Below, piece after piece: positions 29,801-37,619 of a DNA stretch of 64,000 nucleotides. Location of the stretch: positions 372,001 through 436,000 of the forward strand of contig NW_025767588.1 in assembly GCF_003918875.1 (NCBI RefSeq), given 5' to 3'. Positions within the stretch are counted from its first letter, which is position 1. Each line of letters begins with the position of its first letter. The notes below the pieces were generated by a model, which was not told where the DNA came from, did no database searches, and worked only from the letters and a program-made list of their open reading frames with translations. A program made the translations under genes and the position numbers. This DNA comes from Haliotis rubra. Lineage: Eukaryota.

Positions 29801-32800
29801 CATGGCTTTATGCAAATTAGTGTGCGATGATATTGTATTACAAAGGACTCTTTTAAATGATCATTTTGAAATTAGACTTAGCTTCATTATAAACGATAGC
29901 AGACGTAAAAAATAATAACTTTAATACTGAAACTATTAAGGATGTAGCTACCAAGACATCTCACTATCACTATAAAAAGAAACAGGTAGGAGGGGTCGTC
30001 TCAAAAGCAAAACCAGGACGGGTGTCTCAGACGGTTGTTGGGGTCGGGCTGGGGAACTGAGATATCAGCTAAGATAAGACAATCAATAGAGACATATTCA
30101 ATACACATGAAAAAACATAAAATATCTTTGAGATGACCCCTTGTCGATGTGGGCAGCATGTGCATTTCATGCCATGTGAGTCGACGGTCCGTCGTCATAC
30201 CTGGCTGAGCGACCTAATTGCCATCTATAGTCTGATCTATTGTTTTCAGCAGCTTTTCATATTTTTTCTAAGTTTTGCTCGATTTTACGAGTAAACATGC
30301 TTTTCTAGATATCCTATTACGCATCCCCCTGAATGCCCAGTTAGGCCGATGTGGGTTATTTCGACATATGCTATTTGCAATTGTGTAAATTTTAGTGGTA
30401 CAGAGTAACAGCCTAAAAACAGGTTTTTTTCTATTTCCGACAGTACTTTAACTCATTAAGACGCATATATGGGGCAAATTAATCAGCTCCTCACAGCGAG
30501 TGACGTGTTTATGGGGCAGGTAATTAGCAGTTTCTCACAGCGAGAGACCCATACAGTCGTCAACAGAAAGCACCTCTTATTCAGCGAGAGACGCACATGT
30601 GTGTTGTACTTTTAAAAATCGCACTGTACCTATTATTTCAACCAATTTAGCAGTACTGAGCAAATGTTAGCTTTTCTTACGAGAGATCCCACCTTTAGTA
30701 TCAATCAGAAGAAGTATTTAAAGTGTTTTGATAACAATTGCTAATCATTATCATAGGCTTGTACAGCGTTTAGCAAATGAACGCATGTCTGCAAGAAAGG
30801 GGATTATGATGTTTTTACAGAGGTAAGTGCCTGGTACTCTTCCTTGGGAATGGATACTAAAATACTTCGTATGCACCTTGATTGAATTAGATGTAATGGT
30901 TTAGAGGTTACTAAAAATTATATTTCCTTCAACTACCTAATAAATAGGAAACAATATACGAAATTTCAAGGACATACAAAGAATTCAATTACAATAGAAT
31001 AGTTTGAATTTACTTTTTAGGCATCATTACGTTGTCATGTTTCATATACTGAAACATAATGTATAAACACAAGTAATTATACATCCAAGCTCGAATAGGT
31101 TAAACATAATTGAACTTACTAATTTGAAGTTTACTGAATTGTAACTAGTTGTTTTTCATAATCTTAAGTTCGTAATGTTACCTAAGCGAATATAAAGTGA
31201 TAGGTCGCGCCTTTGCATCGAATACATATATACATGTCAGTGTTATTACAACAATGAAATGATTTACTACGTTTGTTACAAAAGACAATAAGTTGGTAAT
31301 TTAAAACATTGTCACACATGGACAGAAGTAATATCATAAGTTATTACATGTAAGCCATACAAAGGTATTTCAAGCATTTTTGTTCAAGCTGTTGAAAGTT
31401 TCATGTTGATTTGAATTGTCAGTTTTCTATGCAATTTACATGAGCATTCTGTAAAACGTTTGTATTTGATCTGTGTAATTATCAAATCCGGTGCAATTAT
31501 CACCTGTATCAATCAACTCAGTCTCTATTGATCCATCGTCAATAACAGCTGGATAGTATATCAGTTACGGTATCGATACACATGCGTATAATCATTCAAG
31601 CAGATTACAGTAATGAGATAATTGAACGTCTCTTTCGACCTTGAAATAACAGCCTCCGGTAGAATGCATATGTAGTTACGTCCTTGTTGAAAGGTTTGTC
31701 CCGTGACAAGTGTAAAATAAACAGATGCGCTGTTATATCATTGGACATCTTGCTTTATGGAGTCACGCCCCTCTCTGTGATGTTTATACATGCATGCACA
31801 TCTGTAATCTTATGAACCTCGTTTGCATTCAGTAAAGATATAGGCACGCCCACCTTCATAAATATTGGGGGTTGGGGTGTCAACTGCAAGTTTATACACT
31901 ATAATAATTCAGTAAAGTGTCACCTCGTGAATTCTGTAATGCGTGTACTCTAGTTTGGATAGTCATTCGTATCAAGGTGAAGATTATATTTACATGTACA
32001 GCAAACCATTATGTTTTATGTACTAGTTGTGTGCATAAAATGTATATGAAAATAAATACTAAATATTTCAATCGCTTTGTTTTACTTATCGAAAAACACT
32101 AAAATGAGGACAAATAAACTCGCCAAAGTGACTATCTACTCCTATTTGTCTTATGTGTATATTTCATACATCGTTACCAGTGTGTATGTTTACAATACAC
32201 AAACTGTTACATGATAGCTTGAGTTGATAAAGCCGAAACCCAGCATATCGACTGTTCAAGGATATAGCCAATAACCAATCTCTATCCAAGCTGCTGAGTG
32301 ACCAAACGTGCTCTTCAGAAATTTCGCCCACTCCCCATCACCTGTCCTTTCCTCTGTGACAGGTATCTCATGATACGATTGGTCGCAGATAACATATGAC
32401 CAGCCACTATACTGAACAGTTGAGATACCAGTGTGTATGTTTACAATACACAAACTGTTACATGATAGCTTGAGTTGATAAAGCCGAAACCCAGCATATC
32501 GACTGGTCAAGGATATAGCCAATAACCAATCTCTATCCAAGCTGCTGAGTGACCAAACGTGCTCTTCAGAAATTTCGCCCACGCCCCATCACCTGTCCTT
32601 TCCTCTGTGACAGGTATCTCATGATACGATTGGTCGCAGATAACATATGACCAGCCACTACTTTGAACAGTTGAGATACCGAACGTTCTATTCAGGAAAT
32701 TTGATGACGCCCTATCACGTGACTCTTTGTTTTATGTCTATGCAAGGAATATGTAGTATACATTTTGTATATGTATGTTTGTATGGTCACGTATGTTTTC

Positions 32801-35800
32801 TGCATTAAATCTGTATGAAATAAAGTGCAATGCTATGAATGTGCTTTGTGCTAGTCACAGACTAGCGTTATAGTACTTTCATTGAAATAATTCGTAAACA
32901 CTAGAAATGTATCGGCAAAACCGCTATTTTCGTTGAAGATTATAAAGTATGAAAGTAAATTCTTCTTTACAGTATGTCATTGTCATAGATGTTTTGTAAA
33001 TTTAAACCTCACACAATGATATAAGAGAGAGAATTTGTTAACGTGTGTCTCATCTGTTACATACAAAGAATACATGTGTATGCATATTGTGATAAAATAT
33101 AAATGTACAAGCCGACAAAAGGTCTACAAGAGAAACTTGCAATAAAATTACATAAAGCTTGCAATACACGACATGTATTCACACCTGATTTCTTTCAACA
33201 TATATCCTTACGACACAATTAAACAATCAGGACTTGTTTGTACGACTAGACAGTTTCCTGTGATCCACGAAACCTGCCAGGGAAATCAGGTGTGACTAGC
33301 ACTAATTAGTCTCGGCACAGAGAGTGGGCAATCAGCGAGGGCTTCCAGGTGTTGAGTAGTGATGGGGCTCTCGGGCTTAATGAGTTAAGTCCTACGTAGG
33401 AGATATTAAGTATCTCAATTTTGTTGTTGTGCTTTAGGAGATAGTATGGCCTACGTAGGACTTAATAATGCCTACGAAGGAGACAGTGACACACACACAA
33501 AAAAATCCACTGTGGCCCAACGACGGTTCCGTACATTTCCTACTATAACAGGGTTTAAAAAACCCCAGCATTTTCACTTGGTAACATTAATTTGGTGTTT
33601 TTAATTGTTTCAATATTTAAAATGTTGTTTTGCAACACTGCTAAATTAGTAACAGAAACACACGATTTCAATAAAGTAGAGTTTTACATTATTTATTTGG
33701 ATTTTATTTATCGGCACTATTAAAAAAATAGACTTTTTAATAAATTTACACTGTAGCAAAAATTACGGTCCTCAGATCCGTAACCAAATAATAAAAAAAG
33801 TGTGGCCTAAGAAAATGTTGAATGTTCTTGATAAATGTTGTTTGTTTGTTGTTTAATACCGCCATCAGACATTTGCCAGTTATATAATGACGGTCTGTAT
33901 ATTATTGAGCATGGACCAGACAATACAGTGACTGACACCATGAGCATCAATCTGTCCAATTGGGATATGATCACATGATTGTGTCAGCCAAGTCAGCCAG
34001 CTTGACCACTGGATCCCATTAGTTGCCTCTTATGACAAGCATATGTTGCTGAAGACCAATTTTGACCTGGATCTTCGCAGATCGTTCTTGATGCAGCCCA
34101 GTTGATGTTTTTATGTAAATACTGGTGTTCCTAATCAGGGCGTGTTCCAGGAAATAATCTCAGTGCTAGGACAATCATAACTGGAATACTTTACCATTAA
34201 CTGATAACAGTTGTAGCGCTACGATCACTTTGTGGGGTGGGGCCAGAAGTTTAACTGTTTATAATATATTCCAGGAGACTTAATACTGCTGCCAAGTTTT
34301 TTCTCCAAACCTCGCAAGGACGTGTACAGGGTGACAGTGGAGGCAAGAGACCTTGGCTACCCCTCACGTAAAGCTCAGACTAAAGTCATCGTCCGAGCAC
34401 CCTACTTTGACTTTAACGACCATCCTCCTGACTTCAAAGGGGAGACGATGTTTGTAACGCGGGAGGAGATTCCCATTGGAGCCGTTGTTGGTCGCTTGAA
34501 TGTGGTGGATGAGGACAAGGAGGGGAGCAGTGCTGTGATGCTGGAATTGCTGCACACTGGCATCACAGGTGGGCAGGATGTGTTCGTTTGTTTGTTGGTG
34601 CATGTCACTTTAGAGTTCAGCAGGATGTGTTTGTTTGTTGGTGCATGTCACTTTAGAGTTCAGCAGGATGTGTTTGTTTGTTGGTGCATGTCACTTTAGA
34701 GATCAGCAGGATGTGTTTGTTTGTTGGTGCATGTCACTTTAGAGTTCAGCAGGATGTGTTGGTTTGTTCGTGCATGTCACTTTAGCGTTCAGCAAGATGT
34801 GTTTGTTTGTTGGTGCATGTTACTTTAGCGTTCAGCAGGATGTGTTTGTTTGTTTGTTGGTGCATGTCACCTTAGAGTTCAGCAGGATGTGTTTGTTTGT
34901 TGGTGCATGTCACTTTAGCGTTCAGCAGGATGTGTTTGTTTGTTTGTTGGTGCATGTCACCTTAGCGTTCAGCAGGATGTGTTTGTTTGTTGGTGCATGT
35001 TTGTTTGTTTTAGTGTTCAACAGGATGTGTTTGTTTGTTTGTTGGTGCATGTCACCTTAGAGTTCAGCAGGATGTGTCTGTTTGTTTGTTGGTGCATGTC
35101 ACTTTAGAGTTCAGCAGGATGTGTTTGTTTGTTGGTGCATGTCACTTTAGCGTTCAGCAGGATGTGTTTGTTTGTTTGTTGGTGCATGTCACCTTAGAGT
35201 TCAGCAGGATGTGTCTGTTTGTTTGTTGGTGCATGTCACTTTAGAGTTCAGCAGGATGTGTTTGTTTGTTTGTTGATGCATGTCACTTTAGAGTTCAGCA
35301 GGATGTGTTTGTTTGTTGGTGCATGTCACTTTAGAGTTCAGCAGGATGTGTTTGTTGGTGCATGTCACCTTAGCGTTCAGTGGGATGTGTTTGTTGGTGC
35401 ATGTCACCTTAGCGTTCAGTGGGATGTGTTTGTTGGTGCATGTCACCTTAGCGTTCAGCAGGATGTGTTTGTTTGTTTGTTGGTGCATGTCACTTTAGAG
35501 TTCAGTGGGATGTGTTTGTTGGTGCATGTCACTTTAGAGTTCAGCAGGATGTGTTTGTTTATTGGTGCATGTCACTTTAGCGTTCAGCAGCATGTGTTTG
35601 TTTGTTTGTTGGTGCATGTCACCTTAGAGTTCAGCAGGATGTGTTTGTTTGTTGGTGCATGTCACCTTAGCGTTCAGCAGGATGTGTTTGTTTGTTGGTG
35701 CATGTCACTTTAGCGTTCAGCAGCATGTGTTTGTTTGTTTGTTGGTGCATGTCACCTTAGAGTTCAGCAGGATGTGTTTGTTTGTTGGTGCATGTCACCT

Positions 35801-36758
35801 TAGCGTTCAGCAGGATGTGTTTGTTTGTTGGTGCATGTCACCTTAGAGTTCAGCAGGATGTGTTTGTTTGTTTGTTGGTGCATGTCACTTTAGAGTTCAG
35901 CAGGATGTGTTTGTTTGTTGGTGCATGTCACTTTAGCGTTCAGCAGGATGTGTTTGTTTGTTGGTGCATGTCACTTTAGAGTTCAGCAGGATGTGTTTGT
36001 TTGTTGGTGCATGTCACTTAAGAGTTCAGCAGGATGTGTTTGTTTGTTTGTTGGTGCATGTCACTAATTCTCATCTATCAAAGATATTGTTTCTTATCAT
36101 TAATAACAGTGTTTCTTGTCTGTTGATGACACTGATTTTTATCTATCAAGGATATTGTTTCTTATCATTAATAACAGTGTTTTGTGACTGTTAATGACAC
36201 AGATTATCATCTGTCAAGAATAATGTTTTTATATCTGTTATTAATACTATTTCTCTTGCAGTGCCTTTCAAGGTGGAAGCCGATGGTGCCATCACATGTT
36301 CAGAGCGTATAGATCGAGACCATGGACCCAAATATTACACCTTCAAAGTCCGAGCAACAGACAAGGGAACACCTCCATTCAACGTCACCAGAGACATCAG
36401 TGTTATTGTTGACGACATCAACGACAACCCCCCCAAATTTCCCCTGCCAAAATATAAGCATATGGTGTCAGATGTCTTCCCACCTCGAACTGTAGTGGCA
36501 ACACCCTTTGCATTTGACAATGTGGATGAGAGAGACTCTGTGTACCATTACACAATGAAGGGAGATAATCTGGGATATTTTCATATCAATGAAAAGACAG
36601 GGGTGGTTGTTACCACGGATATGGCCTCGACCCTTGACCCACAGACTATTACATACCAGATTGAGGCTGTTGATCTGTATAATAAATCACTCAAGGCTGT
36701 CACTGAGCTTGAAATTCAGGTGATCGAATCAGTGACACCATCTAATTCGACCTGTTAA
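2563..36758 (+). CDS. Large cadherin-repeat protein (Fat/protocadherin-like ectodomain), last 23 exons, ~1,940 aa, 18 complete EC repeats plus 1 partial; 5' end outside window; no TM segment seen
   Basis: 23 AG/GT-bounded exons with DxNDN, LDRE, AxDxD and AxDxG motifs and compatible phases, repeating as A(0-1)-B(1-1)-C(1-0)-D(0-0); two single-base indels (~7830, ~15865). Confidence 0.92.
3264..3530 (+). CDS. Cadherin exon B1
   Basis: ccag|GTILL...VVDSGFPP...VTENRPTG...DPDG|gtact. Confidence 0.88.
4075..4460. repeat. (CCT)n-rich polypyrimidine low-complexity tract
   Basis: cctcctcctggt/cctcctctt units with a repeated ggacttcatcctgttcctcctactgtctcctgg block, ending just upstream of the C1 acceptor. 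Confidence 0.9.
4492..4742 (+). CDS. Cadherin exon C1
   Basis: gcag|VPLSVDHTTG...LDRE...DINDNSP...YL|gtacg. Confidence 0.9.
5849..5996. repeat. ~60-bp-arm hairpin, probable terminus of a Crypton-like non-autonomous element
   Basis: agagattattaacctcgtgtgtttcc...ggaaacacactaggttaataatctct near-perfect inverted arms; family assignment from memory. Confidence 0.6.
6284..6457 (+). CDS. Cadherin exon D1
   Basis: gcag|NQPIVVADADPD...VDSE...FNLT|gtaag, 174 nt. Confidence 0.9.
6707..7290. mobile_element. Non-autonomous hAT-type element (MITE)
   Basis: 8-bp TSD caacatag (6699-6706 / 7291-7298); termini tagagctg...cacctcta; subterminal cgatac repeats. Confidence 0.8.
7608..7862 (+). CDS. Cadherin exon A2 (1-nt deletion in gggg at 7827-7830)
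   Basis: LTAVDD...DFNDNPP; adding one G restores SGGYGKFELDSDT|G and phase 1, as in all other A exons. Confidence 0.88.
8107..8256. mobile_element. Palindromic MITE
   Basis: gtttcacaaagctctcgtaa...ttacgagagctttgtgaaac long inverted arms. Confidence 0.75.
8656..8907 (-). mobile_element. Dispersed SINE-like repeat with (ACTC)n/(AAAC)n tail; further copies near 8030, 8350, 15500, 16010, 21150, 24470 (+) and 33835
   Basis: 11-bp TSD tatttgatgtg (8645-8655 / 8908-8918); shared core cagcaatattccagctatatgg...ggaccagacaatccagtg...gtcgcctcttacgacaagcatggg. Confidence 0.8.
9008..9289 (+). CDS. Cadherin exon B2
   Basis: tcag|GVLRL...ALDSG...VEENKPVG...EDPD|gtgag. Confidence 0.9.
10007..10248 (+). CDS. 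Cadherin exon C2
   Basis: tcag|APF...LDRE...DVNDNIP|gtgag. Confidence 0.9.
10835..11008 (+). CDS. Cadherin exon D2
   Basis: ctag|SDVVSVVDADA...LDAE...YNLT|gtgag, 174 nt. Confidence 0.9.
11659..11911 (+). CDS. Cadherin exon A3
   Basis: ttag|ITASDE...DVNDNAP...AMDRD...GKFDLDPDS|gtata. Confidence 0.9.
12300..13488 (-). mobile_element. Internally deleted Tc1/mariner element
   Basis: TA-flanked TIRs tactgaacagcaaaagaaacg / cgtttctgttgctgttcagta; transposase HTH N-terminus (MPRLTTEQRGMAIG...RPRVTT) and WPSRSPDMSPIEH motif. Confidence 0.9.
13599..13880 (+). CDS. Cadherin exon B3
   Basis: ccag|GDIVA...AIDSG...VKENQTVG...TDPD|gtagg. Confidence 0.9.
14991..15241 (+). CDS. Cadherin exon C3
   Basis: tcag|VPFMVERDTG...LDRE...DLNDNAP|gtgat. 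Confidence 0.88.
15765..15939 (+). CDS. Cadherin exon D3 (1-nt insertion near 15865; absent from ORF track)
   Basis: acag|DRLILVSDEDIT...GSDQFRVD/DTSHLYVNRPGVIDCE...YNLM|gtcag; 175 nt versus 174 for all other D exons. Confidence 0.85.
16713..16965 (+). CDS. Cadherin exon A4
   Basis: ccag|LYATDQ...DVNDHNP...ATDRD|gtgtg. Confidence 0.9.
17897..18015. repeat. Hairpin terminus of a probable Crypton-like non-autonomous element
   Basis: Outer arms gttgttcactgg/ccagtgaacaac; inner 23-bp arms atgggttgatgtaccctctatgt/acatagagggtacatcaacccat. Confidence 0.6.
18107..18388 (+). CDS. Cadherin exon B4
   Basis: tcag|GELYV...AVDNGFP...MENLPAG...AVDPD|gtggg. Confidence 0.9.
18372..19768. repeat. 32-bp G-rich minisatellite derived from the exon B4 splice donor
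   Basis: Unit tgtcactgacacatcag|gtgggtggggcggta, ~40 copies, first copy overlapping the exon end. Confidence 0.93.
19876..20129 (+). CDS. Cadherin exon C4
   Basis: tcag|VPIMVDKYSG...VDRE...DTNDHAP|gtttg. Confidence 0.9.
20457..20630 (+). CDS. Cadherin exon D4
   Basis: acag|SQPITIEDKDD...IDAE...FNLK|gtatt, 174 nt. Confidence 0.9.
20845..21097 (+). CDS. Cadherin exon A5
   Basis: gcag|LTATDQGG...DINDNRP...AKDAD|gtatg. Confidence 0.9.
21635..21919 (+). CDS. Cadherin exon B5
   Basis: tcag|GEIFV...AQDNGVP...LPENN...AVDPD|gtaag. Confidence 0.9.
22415..22668 (+). CDS. Cadherin exon C5
   Basis: acag|GLFSIRPDTG...LDRE...DLNDNAP|gtcag. Confidence 0.9.
23070..23510. repeat. Degenerate pyrimidine-rich minisatellite
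   Basis: Recurring cactctnctccaatcaacttc units. Confidence 0.8.
23603..23776 (+). CDS. Cadherin exon D5
   Basis: ccag|DRNISVIDRDA...IDRE...YEMK|gtgag, 174 nt. Confidence 0.9.
24055..24310 (+). CDS. Cadherin exon A6
   Basis: ccag|IVARDR...DSNDNYP...ARDID|gtgag. Confidence 0.9.
26365..27553 (+). mobile_element. Tigger/pogo-like deleted element
   Basis: TA|cagtcga...tcgactg|TA termini; CENP-B-type HTH remnant KKQEIAKEFGVPQNTLSTWIKN near 27100-27180. Confidence 0.85.
27886..28029. repeat. Hairpin terminus of a probable Crypton-like element
   Basis: Arms ctcattatatacgaattata/tataattcgtatgtaatgag and ccttcctatggtatctgacc/ggtcagaaaccataggaagg around a gagcgaaagcga loop. Confidence 0.6.
28534..28665. 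mobile_element. Small MITE with ~37-bp TIRs
   Basis: ggtaatgctatttttaagggcattatcatttgcagaag / cttctgcaaatgataatgccctcaaaaatagcattacc. Confidence 0.7.
29573..30447. mobile_element. Non-autonomous Kolobok-like element
   Basis: TIRs agtactgtcggaaatagaaaaaaa / tttttttctatttccgacagtact; flanked by ctaa / ttaa. Confidence 0.7.
30452..33384. mobile_element. Non-autonomous piggyBac-like element
   Basis: TTAA|ctcattaag...cttaatgag|TTAA; the host repeat (gtcctacgtagg) resumes immediately after. Confidence 0.65.
32175..32680. repeat. 251-bp tandem duplication
   Basis: taccagtgtgtatgtttacaatac... begins at 32175 and again at 32426; near-identical copies. Confidence 0.9.
34275..34568 (+). CDS. Cadherin exon B6
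   Basis: ccag|GDLILL...ARDLGYP...DFNDHPP...VVDED|gtggg. Confidence 0.9.
34573..36064. repeat. 43-bp (39/43/47) minisatellite starting at the exon B6 donor
   Basis: Unit caggatgtgtttgtttgttggtgcatgtcactttagagttcag, ~34 copies, variable (TTTG)n. Confidence 0.93.
36262..36758 (+). CDS. Cadherin terminal exon C6
   Basis: gcag|VPFKVEADG...IDRD...DINDNPP plus one more EC repeat, ending IESVTPSNSTC*. Confidence 0.85.
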
Positions 36759-36818
36759 TGGTACAATTGTCCAACAATATTGATAATTATTGAAGTCATT
36801 AACTTCTATATCATGGTG

Positions 36819-36824
36819 AATAAA
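36819..36824 (+). promoter_or_regulatory. Putative polyadenylation signal of the cadherin gene
   Basis: AATAAA 61 nt after the TAA stop. Confidence 0.5.
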
Positions 36825-36860
36825 TTAATATTTTTGCGATGAACATTGTTTGTATTCTTT

Positions 36861-37619
36861 CTAGATTAGTTCACAGAACAAGACTGAATTCATCGTCCAG
36901 TGGACAGAGTTAGTGAGTGAGTGAGTTGGGTTTTACAACATTTTCAGAAATACTCCAGCAACATCATAGGGGAAACACAGACATGGGCTTCACCTTCACA
37001 CAATGTACCCAAGTGGGCAGTTGAACCCGGGTCTTCTGCATGATTGGCGAACACTTTAACGACAAGGCTACCCCACCGCTCCTGGTGGACAGCACATTTT
37101 CCTGAAGAGCAGAAGGTCCAGTGTTTCATCCTTGGTCCTGTATTACCAAAAGACTTCTCAAAAATGGGATGAAAGAAGAACTTGCCTGCTTGCAGTCAGT
37201 ATACTCTCTGATTTGTGTATCCATTTTGCCAAACCCTGCCAAGGAATTTCACTGCGCTACCATCATCAGATGTGAATGCACACACACAAAAAAACAGACA
37301 TACAATGACACAAGCACAAAAACAAGACTATTGAAGTCATATATATGACGAAGACGTTAAATGCTATGTAGATGTTGAACCATACAGTGAAATCCCGATC
37401 CAAAATGCAAAACGAAATACTTTGATTTAGACCATGGTAAACACTTCCCCAATCATAAGGTTGAAACAAATCAACATAATTGTAAAGCCACATTAAACTC
37501 ATCAATAGCTACTACATTTGATCATGTAGACATTTTAGCAATAGAGAGATGTCAAGGAGATGCAACGAGAGATGTCAACAGATGAAGACTACGACAACTG
37601 CAACGTTAAGAATACGCAT
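36861..37619 (-). pseudogene. Relic paralog sharing promoter and exon 1 with the Gly/His gene but with a different exon 2
   Basis: Exon 1 MRILNVAVVVV with a 13-bp deletion of the donor; diverged homologous intron; acceptor ttcacat (versus ttcacag); phase-1 frame DDGSAVKFLGRVWQNGYTNQRVY*LQAGKFF...CSSGKCAVH[SINE]WTMNSVLFCELI*. Confidence 0.5.
36908..37084 (-). mobile_element. tRNA-headed SINE
   Basis: Head ggagcggtggggtagcc...cccgggttcaac (A/B-box-like), (ACTC)n tail, 8-bp TSD gtggacag (36900-36907 / 37085-37092). Confidence 0.8.

Larger units (their letters stand above)
26210..33533. mobile_element. Non-autonomous IS3EU-like DNA transposon hosting nested insertions
   Basis: Imperfect TIRs tacagaagcgtagtagggccacagtg / cactgtggcccaacgacggttccgta (TAY...RTA ends); 6-bp TSD catttc (26204-26209 / 33534-33539); internal cctacgtaggagata repeats reappear between the inserts. 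Confidence 0.75.

Noticed and set aside
34764-36194. Cys/Val/Phe-rich ORFs
   Set aside because: Translations of the minisatellite.
2563-36758. Assigning a gene symbol (FAT4, DCHS, CDH23) or calling the cadherin a pseudogene
   Set aside because: The modular exon structure and missing TM do not support orthology, and the two indels fit the error pattern seen across the window.
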